A DNA stretch of 64,000 nt from NCBI GenBank assembly GCA_964016885.1, contig CAXHJY010001010.1, positions 21,831-85,830 of the forward strand, written 5' to 3'. The notes below the pieces were generated by a model. The model did not search any database. It saw nothing but the letters and a program-made list of their open reading frames with translations, and was not told where the DNA came from. Each line of letters begins with the position of its first letter. Within the stretch, counting starts at the first letter, position 1. Both the position numbers and the translations under genes were made by a program. Source of the stretch: Eledone cirrhosa (Eukaryota). This document shows, in pieces, positions 14,379-28,149 of this stretch.

Positions 14379-14534
14379 CAGGAAGACATGATATGAAGGT
14401 TTAAAACACTTGTGGATAGTGCAGTTTTAAATCAACATATGAAAAGTAGTTTTAGATTGATGTGTGGAATTGGGGAAAAAATTTGTTGAGGGGGGGGGGG
14501 GGGAGGATGAAAAAGAGGAGGAGATGAGAGTAAA

Positions 14535-15671
14535 ATGTGGAGGGGGAGGAGTATAATGAGGAAGGATAAGATAGGAGGAGAGATGGGTGATAGAGAGAGA
14601 GAGAAACACACAATGGAAAGCATCCAGCAAATAGCAAACTCCATCCACCAGAGCATTAGAGTTACTATAGACTACCCAAGTAAACACCCCAACCATCGAT
14701 TACATGTACTAGACACAGAGCTCTGGTTAGATACCATTAACAACAAAAAACAAATCCTCCATTCCCATTATGCCAAACCCATGACTTCCAAACATCTGAT
14801 CCACCGAAACTCGGCCGTGTCGGACCATACCCAAATCAACATACTGATTGCGGATTTGGTACGGGTGATGAGAAATGTGTCCCGCATGTGCAACCCCGAA
14901 GAACTAGAGAGACACATACAACACTTCATCCACCGTATGCAGTTCTCTGGCTACAATCAGAGAGATAAAATCAGAGTGTATAGAGGAGCCAGAACCAAAT
15001 GGGAAAAAATGGTAAATAATGACATAAATGGGACCTGCCCCTTGTATAGGAGCAAATTTTGGAATAGAATAGAAAGAACTAGGAACAAGGCTAATAGAAT
15101 AAACTCATGGTATGATAGCAATAAATACCAGAGTGTAATGTTCATCGATACAACCCCTAGAGGTGAATTAGCTTACAAATTTAGAAGGGCCCTAAATAGA
15201 CATAAACTCAATATTAAGATAGTAGAAAGACCAGGTACCTCCGTAAAAACACGTATTAGCAAGACATACCCTTTTCAAAGACCCTCATGTATAGATAAGA
15301 AATGTATAACCTGTAAAATAAGCCCACATATTAACTGTAAAACTAGAAATGTAGTGTATAGCATAAGATGTACTGAAGGACAATGTAGAGACAAAAATAT
15401 AGTGTACATAGGTGAGACAGCCCGTAGTGTAGGTGAACGGATAAATGAACACTGGCGAGACCTTCAAGATAATAAAGAATCATCTGTACTCTACCAACAT
15501 GCTAAAATAGTACACAAGGGTAAATTAGAGAACATAGAAATAAAAATAGAATCTACACACAGAAAAAACGCAATGGTTAGACAAATTACAGAGGCAATAA
15601 ACATAAAAGAATTACAACCAAAATTAAATAGAAAATATGAGTGGAACAGCAACATCACAACTTACAATTAA
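14535..15671 (+). CDS. Penelope-like ORF C-terminal part (RT thumb, Cys-rich linker, GIY-YIG), 5'-truncated but open
   Basis: LHVLDTEL, HYAKP, CIDKKCITC, CKTRNVVYSIRC..C..VYIGETARSVGERINEH..EA..I..PKLNRKYEW; the RT catalytic core is absent. Confidence 0.88.
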   Translation: MWRGRSIMRKDKIGGEMGDREREKHTMESIQQIANSIHQSIRVTIDYPSKHPNHRLHVLDTELWLDTINNKKQILHSHYAKPMTSKHLIHRNSAVSDHTQINILIADLVRVMRNVSRMCNPEELERHIQHFIHRMQFSGYNQRDKIRVYRGARTKWEKMVNNDINGTCPLYRSKFWNRIERTRNKANRINSWYDSNKYQSVMFIDTTPRGELAYKFRRALNRHKLNIKIVERPGTSVKTRISKTYPFQRPSCIDKKCITCKISPHINCKTRNVVYSIRCTEGQCRDKNIVYIGETARSVGERINEHWRDLQDNKESSVLYQHAKIVHKGKLENIEIKIESTHRKNAMVRQITEAINIKELQPKLNRKYEWNSNITTYN

Positions 15672-15871
15672 GGACAAGATGAAAACACACACACACATAG
15701 AACAAACAACCAACCAGTAACATGTAAATAAACAAATAAATAAATGAACATAAACACACACAGACACCCGGATGTGGCGCATGCGCAGACTGAGCACACA
15801 ACACACACACAGAAACAAAATGGCGTAGGACAGAACAAAAGAGAGGCACAGAAACAAAGAAAGGAATCCCC

Positions 15872-15916
15872 AGTCACTGAAGAGGTCACAGAGTGTGTGA
15901 CGAAAGAACTATGACT
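15872..15916 (+). ncRNA. Type I hammerhead motif in the 3' pseudo-LTR of the Penelope copy
   Basis: aguca-CUGAAGA-ggucacagagugugugac-GAAA-gaac-UA-ugacu. Confidence 0.82.
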
Positions 15917-16108
15917 ATATATAAAGAACTATCTGGTTGTGGAACCAACCAACCAACCAGAAATTTATAAATTTATTATAATAAATTGAAGTGAAAGCAA
16001 CTGGTGCGTGTGTTTCTTATTGGCAACATGACCCTCCCAAAGTATAACAATATCGGTTTCAACACACGATTTCAGATAAAGAATCTTGCTAAACAAATTC
16101 AGAAACGA

Positions 16109-16140
<32 letters not shown>

Positions 16141-16143
16141 AAT

Positions 16144-16192
<49 letters not shown>

Positions 16193-16349
16193 AATATATA
16201 TGTATATTTATACATATATGTATAAATATATATATATACATATATATATAAATATATATATATATACATATATGTATAAATATATATATATATACATATA
16301 TATAAAACAATATATATATATTTATATAAATATGTATATATATATATAA

Positions 16350-16380
<31 letters not shown>

Positions 16381-16395
16381 AATATATATATATAC

Positions 16396-16426
<31 letters not shown>

Positions 16427-16535
16427 CATATACATATATATATATATATATAAATATATATATATATAAATATATATATATACATATATATATATATAAA
16501 TATATATATATATACATATAAATATATATATATAA

Positions 16536-16603
<68 letters not shown>

Positions 16604-16660
16604 ATATATATATATATACATTTAAATATATATATATACATATATATATATATAAATATA

Positions 16661-17975
16661 TTTCATTTCATTTCATTTGAGTTTGAGTCTATGCTCAGGC
16701 CAAGTCGAAGACTCCACCCTCAGAGTCTGGTGTGGTTGCCAGGTTGGATTCTCTGTTTAATTTTGACATGTGTAGGAGCGAGTTTGAGTCAGTTTGTGGT
16801 CGTTGTGTATATCCTGGGAGATGGGGTTCATCTCTAATGGTGCTTAAGTATCTATCCAGCTGCAATTTGAATGATTCCACACTGCATCCTGATAGATTTC
16901 TGACATGTACCGGAATGGAGTTGAATAGTTGTGCCCCTCGAACCAACAGACATGACTCTCGAAGGGTTTTTGCTGCCTGGCCAGCCCTTTTGTTGATTGG
17001 TGGTAGCTGGCAGCGTCTTCCGTGGCGCAGTGAGTTGTAGGTTTTGATACCAAAGTTTGATACCTTTTGCTCTATCATTTTCCAAATGTATATAATTCGG
17101 TATCGCTCAAATTTTCTTTCTATTGAGTACATCTTCGAGGTTTTGAATCTTTGCCAATAGTCCAGGTCCCTCGTTTCTGAGACGTATGAGGTAAAATTTC
17201 TTTGGAGCGATTCCATCTTAGATAGTTGGCCCTTTGTTGTTGGTGACCACAACTGAGAACAGTAGTCAATCCTCGGAAGTACCATACTCTTCCAGAGGGT
17301 TTTCATTGTTGAGGTATCTCTTGATTTGAAGGTGCGCAAGATCCACCCGCTATACTTTCTTGCAGTAAGACAGACTGATTCAAGGCGTTCTCTGAATTTT
17401 AGGCTTGTTCCCATGTGGATGCCTAAATCTTTCACACACTGTTTTTCCATTATTAGTTGTCCTGATGGGTTTCTGTAGTTTGTTGTATCTTTCAGATCTT
17501 GATCTGTTCCGTAGCGAATTAGTTCATACTTCTTGTCATTGAACAATATGTTGTTTGTTTCCTGCCATTTGTATATGGTGGTTAGGTCCTTTTGTAAGGC
17601 CTCTGTATCCACCTCGTCTTTGATTTGTCTCATGACCCTTGTGTCATCAGCAAAGGATGAGACGTTGCTGGTTGTATCTTCATCTATGTTAGAGATGAGG
17701 ATGAGAAACAGGATCGGGCCGAGTACTGTACCCTGTGGAACACTGCTGGTCACAGATGATGGTGTTGAATGGGTTCCATTCACAGTCACTGTTTGAGTTC
17801 TATTTGTAAGGAACTCATGTATCCATGTACCAACTTTTCCTCTTACTCCTAGCTTTCGAAGTTTTTGTCCCAGGATGCCATGATCTACCTTGTCAACTGC
17901 CTTGGCAAAGTCTAGGTAAATAACATCTGTGTTGTATCCATTCTCTAGATTTTCTAGGATTTGGTCACATGGACA
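16661..17975 (-). mobile_element. CR1-like LINE, 5'-truncated (RT and C-terminus in one open frame)
   Basis: [50 protein letters not shown]; tandem tail (aactca/aaatg repeats) next to (TA)n. The N-terminus of the listed ORF is microsatellite read-through. Confidence 0.88.
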
Positions 17976-17992
17976 CATACTAAAACATATAA

Positions 17993-18065
<73 letters not shown>

Positions 18066-18086
18066 CATATAAATATATATATATAC

Positions 18087-18137
<51 letters not shown>

Positions 18138-18293
18138 AATATAGATTTTGAGTATATGTTGGTTGTATACCAACACCTCAGTATGCAGGCTGGAGCACTC
18201 GACGAAGTGCGCAGGTTGGTTTGGTTACTCCGGAGTAATGTAAAATAAAGTTAAATAAAAAGTCAAATGTTTAAAATTTAGCTTCGTTTATTG

Positions 18294-18346
18294 CTGCTAT
18301 ATATATTTCAGTGACAGCCATCTTCGGCTGTGACCTCTTCAGGCAG
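18294..18346 (-). ncRNA. Type I hammerhead motif (pseudo-LTR)
   Basis: cugc-CUGAAGA-ggucacagccgaagauggcugucacu-GAAA-uauaua-UA-gcag. Confidence 0.82.
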
Positions 18347-21236
18347 TCCGAATTAGTGTGGTATAGACAAGTACATATGTTGCTGAGGTGTATAATATTG
18401 TCAATACTCTTATATGCCCAGTTCCTGGTTGGGTTGTTATTTCATTGAGGAACTAAAATAATATGAATTCAAACAAACGAATTTCAGTGTCAAAGGGCCT
18501 CTTCTCCTCTCATTGGTCAGTTGTTAGAACATTCCTCATTCTAAGTGTTGTTATTGTTGGAGTTAGCTTAAAAAATTGATAAAGTGGTAGAAGGGACAAG
18601 GTGTTAAAGGAACAAAATAACAAAAAAGGTGTCAAACTTCCCATTGGTCAGTTCTGAGAGCATTCCTCAGTCAGAAGTCTGTAGAATTATTTCTGGGGTG
18701 AGGCTCCCTGTAGTGTTTGTGTTTGCTATTGTTAAGTACATTTGACCTCTACCATTATTTTGGTAGTGTTGTTGGAGTTGTGGTCAGCTTATGTCTTGCC
18801 TCTGTTGACAATTTAGAAGTATCTGTGTGTGTGTTTCTTCATCTCTCCTGCCACCATCTCTCATAGTGGTGGTGGTGAGGGGGGGGGGGGGTTCTTCCAT
18901 GTATATGAAGAAATATAAGGCAATAAATGAAGTTGTATGATTTGAAAATAAATAATTAATAGAGAATAAAGAATAAATGAAAAATTGGTGAAAAAGTAAT
19001 GAAAATGAATATGGAGAAGTGAAAAATGAAATGAAGATTCAAATAAAGTAGGATAAAGTGTGTGTGTGCTATAACCAATCTCAAGGTCAGAAATATGTTG
19101 GATAGATTGGTATGAGGGACAAGATGTTAAAATAAGATAATCAAACAAAATGTGTTTGTGTAATAATCAATCTCAACTTAAAAATAAGGTGATACAGTGA
19201 AGAGGGCAGAAAACAAATAACAAATTAATAAAGAGAAAACAAGATTTAAAATTGGGACTTGAAAGTCAGAAATTAAGTAAATTAAAATGTGTTTGTGTTA
19301 TATAGATGTTGGCCAAATTATAATGGCTGTGTCCGATTCAATCACTAAGCTATCATGGTGTCTGCTCAGCCTGGGTTGTTCCCTGTGGCTTGAGGGTAGT
19401 TCACAACCTAGGGTATTTTTACTGCCCATATAGCTTGAGGGAGGTCTGGCTGAGAGGTGTTTACATGTTCAGTAGAAGTCCCTATAGCTTGAGGGGAGAT
19501 CACATCTTCTTGTGTTGCTACTATCCATATATATTAAGGAAGGTCCCGGCTCTAAGGTGTCTGCATGTTCCGAAGAATTCGGTTCTGAGGTTTATCAGGC
19601 TGCTTCCACCTCTTAGTATCTCGAAGGTCTCGTTCAGGCATAGTTTGCATATGCAAGATCCCCCTTTATCGGGTGGTACTTTCCTGATTATGTACCAGGC
19701 CAGAGAGTACGGGGTCCTGTCCAGCTTAAGCTTCCAGATCAGGTCGGAGAGAGCCATGCTTTTCCTTTTGGCCTCCTTATTGAATGAATGGCGATGGTTG
19801 TACCAGCTGTCTTTAAAGCTCGTTGATGTGGCTCCTATGTAGAGGTTTTCGGAGTTGGGGGTTTTAACCCTACAACCGTATACTAGGTTCTTCTTGAGGC
19901 ATTCATTACCAAGGGGGCATGATTCGGGGTTTCTGCAGTTGCAGAGAGTGGTCAACCTCTGCGTGCCTAGATTAGGGTTCCCGTTATGTGTTACATGTTG
20001 GTCTTCCCCCAGGCAAGGTGGGGGGTCCCCGGGTCTGTTTGGGTTTCTTGGGTGGGCTCTTGGTCCCCCCTTCCATCCTTTCACATGGTTCTGCTGAGTG
20101 TTTGTATTGCCATCTTCTGGTTGTGTCTGGTTTTTAAGCCTACTCCTGTTGATGCTAGCTATGTGTTGGGCCAGATTTCTCGTGGTGGAATACGAGAGCT
20201 TCACAGTGTGTCTATTGAAGATCCTGTGGTATCTGTGGTCCCTCGGGAAGCATTTATCAAGTGCTCCAAAGAATGATCGGGCCAAGCTGTTCTTTACTGC
20301 TATAACCAATCTCAAGGTCAGAAATATGTTGGATAGATTGGTATGAGGTACAAGCTGTTAAAATAAGATAATCAAACAAAATGTGTTTGTGTAATAATCA
20401 ATCTCAACTTAAAAATAAATATAAGGTGATACAGTACCAATCTATCCAACATATTTCTGACCTTGAGATTGGTTATAGCACACAGACACTTTATCCTACT
20501 TTATTTGAATCTTCATTTTATTTTTCACTTCTCCATATTCAGTTTCATTACTTTTTCAACAATTTTTCATTTATTCTTTATTCTTTATTCTCTATTTATT
20601 ATTTATTTTCAAATTATACAAATTATATTATTTATTTTCTGTTTTCTTCATTTATTGCCTTATATTTCTTCATATACATGGAATAACCCCCCCACCACCA
20701 CCACCACCACCACCACTATGAGAGATGGTGGCAGGAGAGATGAAGAAAAAACACACAAAGATACTTCTAAATTGTCAACAGAAGCAAGACATAAGCTGAC
20801 CATAACTCCAACAACACTACCAAAATAATGGTAGAGGTTAAATGTACTTAACAATAGCAAACACAAACACTACAGGGAGCCTCGCCCAAGAAAGAATTCT
20901 ATAGACTTCTGACTGAGGAATGCTCTCAGAACTGACCAATGGGAAGTTTGACACTTTTTTGTTATTTTGTTCCTTTAACACCTTGTCCCTTCTAACACTT
21001 TATCAATTTTTTAAGCTAACTCCAAAAATAACAACACTTAGAATGAGGAATGTTCTAACAACTGACCAATGGGAGGAGAAGGGGCCCTTTGACACTGAAA
21101 TTCGTTAGTTTGAATTCATATGATTCCAGTTCCTCAGTGGAATAACAACCCAACCAGGAACTGGGCATATAATAGTATTGACAATATTATACACCTCAAC
21201 AACATATGTACTTGTCTATACCACACTAATTCGAAA

Positions 21237-21287
21237 TGCCTGAAGAGGTCACAGCCAAAGATGGCTGTCACTGAAATATATATAGCA
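21237..21287 (+). ncRNA. Type I hammerhead motif (inverted pseudo-LTR copy)
   Basis: Same motif as 18294-18346 on the opposite strand, with a 3-bp stem I. Confidence 0.78.
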
Positions 21288-21364
21288 GCAATAAACGAAG
21301 CTAAATTTTAAACATTTGACTTTTTATTTAACTTTATTTTATATATAAATATATATATATATAA

Positions 21365-21419
<55 letters not shown>

Positions 21420-21745
21420 GAAATATATATATATACATAGAAATATGTATAAATATATATATATATACATAGAAATATATATATATACATATAAATATGT
21501 ATATATATATATATATACATATAAATATATATATATACATATATATATACATATAAATATATATATATATACATATATATATATACATATAAATATATAT
21601 ATATACATGTATATACATATAAATATATATATATATACATATATATACATATATTTATATGTATATACATATAGATATATATATTTACATATATATATAT
21701 ATATACTTATATATACATATATATATATATATATTTATATACATA

Positions 21746-21779
<34 letters not shown>

Positions 21780-21802
21780 CACATATATATATATATATAT
21801 AC

Positions 21803-21986
<184 letters not shown>

Positions 21987-22485
21987 AATGGAAAAGAATG
22001 AAACGAAATTTCATTTCTCACTCTTAGTACGACTGATACTTAAATGTAAGTATGTATGAATACGTACATACATATATGTATACAGACGTACAGTAATATG
22101 TATATATATACATACATGCACACATATATATATATTTGTACGTACGGGTTTACCGAACATTTATTATAAAGTACGGTTTGTTTGTTTGTAAACAAACAAA
22201 CAGCCCGAATGACGCTTAAAGTTCGGTAAACCCATACGTACATATATATATGTTTGCATATACGCCTGTATACATATATGTATGTACATATACATACATA
22301 CTTACATTTAAGTATCAGCCGTACTAAGAGCGAGAAATGAAATTTCGTTTCATTCTTTTCCATTTATCGTTTTCGGTGAGCCCGGCCGACTAACTCACTC
22401 GATATGCAAATTAAGCTGCTCAGCCGTTAATATGCATGTGGAAAGTATATACTTTCAGACATTCAATCATCTGGCAGGAAGTTAT

Positions 22486-22528
22486 ACGATGCTGACGATA
22501 GCTAAAAAGCTTAAAACAAGTACATCGT
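22486..22528 (+). ncRNA. Family A hammerhead, mutated core
   Basis: GAAACUAGU is replaced by AAAACAAGU. Confidence 0.7.
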
Positions 22529-22780
22529 TCCTGTGTAAGTGTTGAACAAAAAGGCGACGAACACTGAACACTGAACACTGAACACTGTAGGGCTTAATTC
22601 GGGCTGTTTGTTTGTTTACAAACAAACAAACCGAACATTATAATAAATGTTCGGTAAACCCATACGTACATATATATATGTGCATCTATGTATATATATA
22701 CACTACTGTACGTCTGTATACATATATGTATGTACGTATATATACATACTTACACACACACACACGCACACACACACACA

Positions 22781-22823
<43 letters not shown>

Positions 22824-22824
<1 letters not shown>

Positions 22825-23217
22825 CGGCTGGAGAGAAATGAAGCAAGTATGCTCCGTTGGATGTGTAATGTCAATGTGCGTGAACGACCAAGCATAGACG
22901 AGATGAGAAAGAAACTGGGTATAAGAGGGATAAGTTGTGGTGTGCAGGAAAGAAGGCTGAGATGGTATGGACATGTGATATGCATGGAGCATCACCGCTG
23001 GTTAAAGGCGTGCGAAGAAATCCCAGTAGAAGGAAGACGCAGTAGATGTAGGCCACGTAAAGCATGGGCGGAAGTGGTGAACCCAGACCTCAGATCGCTG
23101 TAACTCAACGAGGAGAGGACGAAGGCCCCTGACAAGTGGAGTGCTACTGTGCTGAATAGGACCCGTCCAACCCTTGTAAGCAGGGAAAAGCGGATATAAA
23201 ATGATGATGATGATGAT
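22824..23217 (+). mobile_element. RTE LINE 3' fragment (repeated at ~24876-25269 and ~26861-27253)
   Basis: RLERNEASMLRWMC..ERRLRWYGHV..RPRKAW plus a tail matching the RTE at 57495-57900. Confidence 0.9.
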
Positions 23218-23219
23218 AC

Positions 23220-23359
<140 letters not shown>

Positions 23360-23441
23360 GTTATTCCGGGTTGAATCGGAGGTAACCACAGTAAGTAAGG
23401 TACTCAATACATTGCAGAGTATAAAAGTTTTAATATAGATG

Positions 23442-23491
23442 AGATTCTACAGGACTAGAACTGTTTCATTCTTTAGAAATCATCAGGAATT

Positions 23492-23492
<1 letters not shown>
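23442..23492 (-). ncRNA. Type I hammerhead in 135-bp mini-element (copy 1)
   Basis: Minus strand: aaauuc-CUGAUGA-uuucuaaagaau-GAAA-caguucuaguccug-UA-gaaucu. Confidence 0.85.
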
Positions 23493-23537
<45 letters not shown>

Positions 23538-23538
23538 C

Positions 23539-23597
<59 letters not shown>

Positions 23598-23709
23598 ATA
23601 TGTATATATATATATATGTATATATACGTTATTCCGGGTTGAATCGGAGGTAACCACAGTAAGTAAGGTACTCAGTACATTGCAGAGTATAAAAGTTTTA
23701 ATATAGATG

Positions 23710-23759
23710 AGATTCTACAGGACTAGAACTGTTTCATTCTTTAGAAATCATCAGGAATT

Positions 23760-23760
<1 letters not shown>
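23710..23760 (-). ncRNA. Mini-element hammerhead (copy 2)
   Basis: Same motif as copy 1. Confidence 0.85.
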
Positions 23761-23839
<79 letters not shown>

Positions 23840-23840
23840 C

Positions 23841-23886
<46 letters not shown>

Positions 23887-23893
23887 CATATAA

Positions 23894-23924
<31 letters not shown>

Positions 23925-23937
23925 TATATATATATAC

Positions 23938-23991
<54 letters not shown>

Positions 23992-24529
23992 ATATATATA
24001 TATATATATGTGTGTATATATATATATATATAAATGGAAAAGAATGAAACGAAATTTCATTTCTCAGTCTTAGTACGACTGATACTTAAATGTAAGTATG
24101 TATGAATACGTACATACATATATGTATACAAACGTACAGTAATATGTATATATATACATACATGCACACATATATATATTTGTACGTACGGGTTTACCGA
24201 ACATTTATTATAAAGTTCGGTTTGTTTGTTTGTAAACAAACAAACAGCCCGAATGACGCTTAAAGTTCGGTAAACCCATACGTACATATATATATGTTTG
24301 CATATACGCCTGTATACATATATGTATGTACATATACATACATACTTACATTTAAGTATCAGCCGTACTAAGAGCGAGAAATGAAATTTCGTTTCATTCT
24401 TTTCCATTTATCGTTTTCGGTGAGCCCGGCCGACTAACTCACTCGATATGCAAATTAAGCTGCTCAGCCGTTAATATGCATGTGGAAAGTATATACTTTC
24501 AGACATTCAATCATCTGGCAGGAAGTTAT

Positions 24530-24572
24530 ACGATGCTGACGATAGCTAAAAAGCTTGAAACTAGTACATCGT
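24530..24572 (+). ncRNA. Family A hammerhead motif
   Basis: acgaug-CUGACGA-uagcuaaaaagcuu-GAAA-cuag-UA-caucgu. Confidence 0.87.
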
Positions 24573-24785
24573 TCATGTGTAAGTGTTGAACAAAAAGGCG
24601 ACGATGGTTGCCTGAACACTGTAGGGCTTAATTCGGGCTGTTTGTTTGTTTACAAACAAACAAACCGAACATTATAATAAATGTTCGGTAAACCCATACG
24701 TACATATATATATGTGTGCATCTATGTATATATATACACTACTGTACGTCTGTATACATATATGTATGTACGTATAAATACATAC

Positions 24786-24876
<91 letters not shown>

Positions 24877-25271
24877 CGGCTGGAGAGAAATGAAGCAAGT
24901 ATGCTCCGTTGGATGTGTAATGTCAATGTGCGTGAACGACCAAGCATAGACGAGATGAGAAAGAAACTGGGTATAAGAGGGATAAGTTGTGGTGTGCAGG
25001 AAAGAAGGCTGAGATGGTATGGACATGTGATATGCATGGAGCATCACCGCTGGTTAAAGGCGTGCGAAGAAATCCCAGTAGAAGGAAGACGCAGTAGATG
25101 TAGGCCACGTAAAGCATGGGCGGAGGTGGTGAACCCAGACCTCAGATCGCTGTAACTCAACGAGGAGAGGACGAAGGCCCCTGACAAGTGGAGTGCTACT
25201 GTGCTGAATAGGACCCGTCCAACCCTTGTAAGCAGGGAAAAGCGGATATAAAATGATGATGATGATGATAC

Positions 25272-25312
<41 letters not shown>

Positions 25313-25315
25313 ATG

Positions 25316-25346
<31 letters not shown>

Positions 25347-25347
25347 G

Positions 25348-25395
<48 letters not shown>

Positions 25396-25477
25396 GTTAT
25401 TCCGGGTTGAATCGGAGGTAACCACAGTAAGTAAGGTACTCAATACATTGCAGAGTATAAAAGTTTTAATATAGATG

Positions 25478-25527
25478 AGATTCTACAGGACTAGAACTGT
25501 TTCATTCTTTAGAAATCATCAGGAATT

Positions 25528-25528
<1 letters not shown>
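25478..25528 (-). ncRNA. Mini-element hammerhead (copy 3)
   Basis: Same motif as copy 1. Confidence 0.85.
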
Positions 25529-25625
<97 letters not shown>

Positions 25626-25737
25626 ATATGTATATATATATATATGTATATATACGTTATTCCGGGTTGAATCGGAGGTAACCACAGTAAGTAAGGTACT
25701 CAGTACATCGCAGAGTATAAAAGTTTTAATATAGATG

Positions 25738-25787
25738 AGATTCTACAGGACTAGAACTGTTTCATTCTTTAGAAATCATCAGGAATT

Positions 25788-25788
<1 letters not shown>
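25738..25788 (-). ncRNA. Mini-element hammerhead (copy 4)
   Basis: Same motif as copy 1. Confidence 0.85.
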
Positions 25789-25833
<45 letters not shown>

Positions 25834-25834
25834 C

Positions 25835-25884
<50 letters not shown>

Positions 25885-25891
25885 CATATAA

Positions 25892-25922
<31 letters not shown>

Positions 25923-25935
25923 TATATATATATAC

Positions 25936-25995
<60 letters not shown>

Positions 25996-26506
25996 ATATA
26001 TATATATATATAAATGGAAAAGAATGAAACGAAATTTCATTTCTCAGTCTTAGTACGACTGATACTTAAATGTAAGTATGTATGAATACGTACATACATA
26101 TATGTATACAAACGTACAGTAATATGTATATATATACATACATGCACACATATATATATTTGTACGTACGGGTTTACCGAACATTTATTATAAAGTTCGG
26201 TTTGTTTGTTTGTAAACAAACAAACAGCCCGAATGACGCTTAAAGTTCGGTAAACCCATACGTACATATATATATGTTTGCATCGCCTGTATACATATAT
26301 GTATGTACATATACATACATACTTACATTTAAGTATCAGCCGTACTAAGAGCGAGAAATGAAATTTCGTTTCATTCTTTTCCATTTATCGTTTTCGGTGA
26401 GCCCGGCCGACTAACTCACTCGATATGCAAATTAAGCTGCTCAGCCGTTAATATGCATGTGGAAAGTATATACTTTCAGACATTCAATCATCTGGCAGGA
26501 AGTTAT

Positions 26507-26549
26507 ACGATGCTGACGATAGCTAAAAAGCTTGAAACTAGTACATCGT
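26507..26549 (+). ncRNA. Family A hammerhead motif
   Basis: Identical to 24530-24572. Confidence 0.87.
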
Positions 26550-26760
26550 TCATGTGTAAGTGTTGAACAAAAAGGCGACGATGGTTGCCTGAACACTGTA
26601 CGGCGTAATTCGGGCTGTTTGTTTGTTTACAAACAAACAAACCGAACATTATAATAAATGTTCGGTAAACCCATACGTACATATATATGTGTGCATCTAT
26701 GTATATATATACACTACTGTACGTCTGTATACATATATGTATGTACGTATAAATACATAC

Positions 26761-26861
<101 letters not shown>

Positions 26862-27256
26862 CGGCTGGAGAGAAATGAAGCAAGTATGCTCCGTTGGATG
26901 TGTAATGTCAATGTGCGTGAACGACCAAGCATAGACGAGATGAGAAAGAAACTGGGTATAAGAGGGATAAGTTGTGGTGTGCAGGAAAGAAGGCTGAGAT
27001 GGTATGGACATGTGATATGCATGGAGCATCACCGCTGGTTAAAGGCGTGCGAAGAAATCCCAGTAGAAGGAAGACGCAGTAGATGTAGGCCACGTAAAGC
27101 ATGGGCGGAGGTGGTGAACCCAGACCTCAGATCGCTGTAACTCAACGAGGAGAGGACGAAGGCCCCTGACAAGTGGAGTGCTACTGTGCTGAATAGGACC
27201 CGTCCAACCCTTGTAAGCAGGGAAAAGCGGATATAAAATGATGATGATGATGATAC

Positions 27257-27325
<69 letters not shown>

Positions 27326-27439
27326 ATATGTATATATATATATATATGTATATATACGTTATTCCGGGTTGAATCGGAGGTAACCACAGTAAGTAAGGTA
27401 CTCAGTACATTGCAGAGTATAAAAGTTATAATATAGATG

Positions 27440-27490
27440 AGATTCTACAGGACTAGAACTGTTTCATTCTTTAGAAATCATCAGGAATTT
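27440..27490 (-). ncRNA. Mini-element hammerhead (copy 5)
   Basis: Same motif as copy 1. Confidence 0.85.
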
Positions 27491-27491
27491 G

Positions 27492-27551
<60 letters not shown>

Positions 27552-27554
27552 TAT

Positions 27555-27734
<180 letters not shown>

Positions 27735-27737
27735 ATA

Positions 27738-27955
<218 letters not shown>

Positions 27956-28048
27956 AATGAAGTATTTCCGTCGGAAGGTACAGGAATAAAAGAGTGCTCT
28001 ATGTAGGCTACAGAGCTTATTAGTTATGTAATAAACAACATAAGATAA

Positions 28049-28116
28049 TTATTTAATTTACCAGTGGTTTCTTGAAGACAGGTGTTGTATCTGTCTTCGG
28101 TCGTCAGAATGAATAA
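28049..28116 (-). ncRNA. Type I hammerhead motif
   Basis: Minus strand: uuauucauu-CUGACGA-ccgaagacag..cugucuucaa-GAAA-ccacugg-UA-aauuaaauaa. Confidence 0.75.
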
Positions 28117-28149
28117 AAAAACATGGTGTTTTTATTAAATATGGATTTG

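Larger units (their letters stand above)
18143..21345 (-). mobile_element. Penelope-like element: GIY-YIG fragment (19521-20315), 3' pseudo-LTR and inverted pseudo-LTR copy
   Basis: CNC..CPL..C..NLVY..LYIG..CKLC..E; about 18241-19110 is the reverse complement of about 20435-21345; 20303-20434 directly repeats 19069-19197. Confidence 0.9.
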
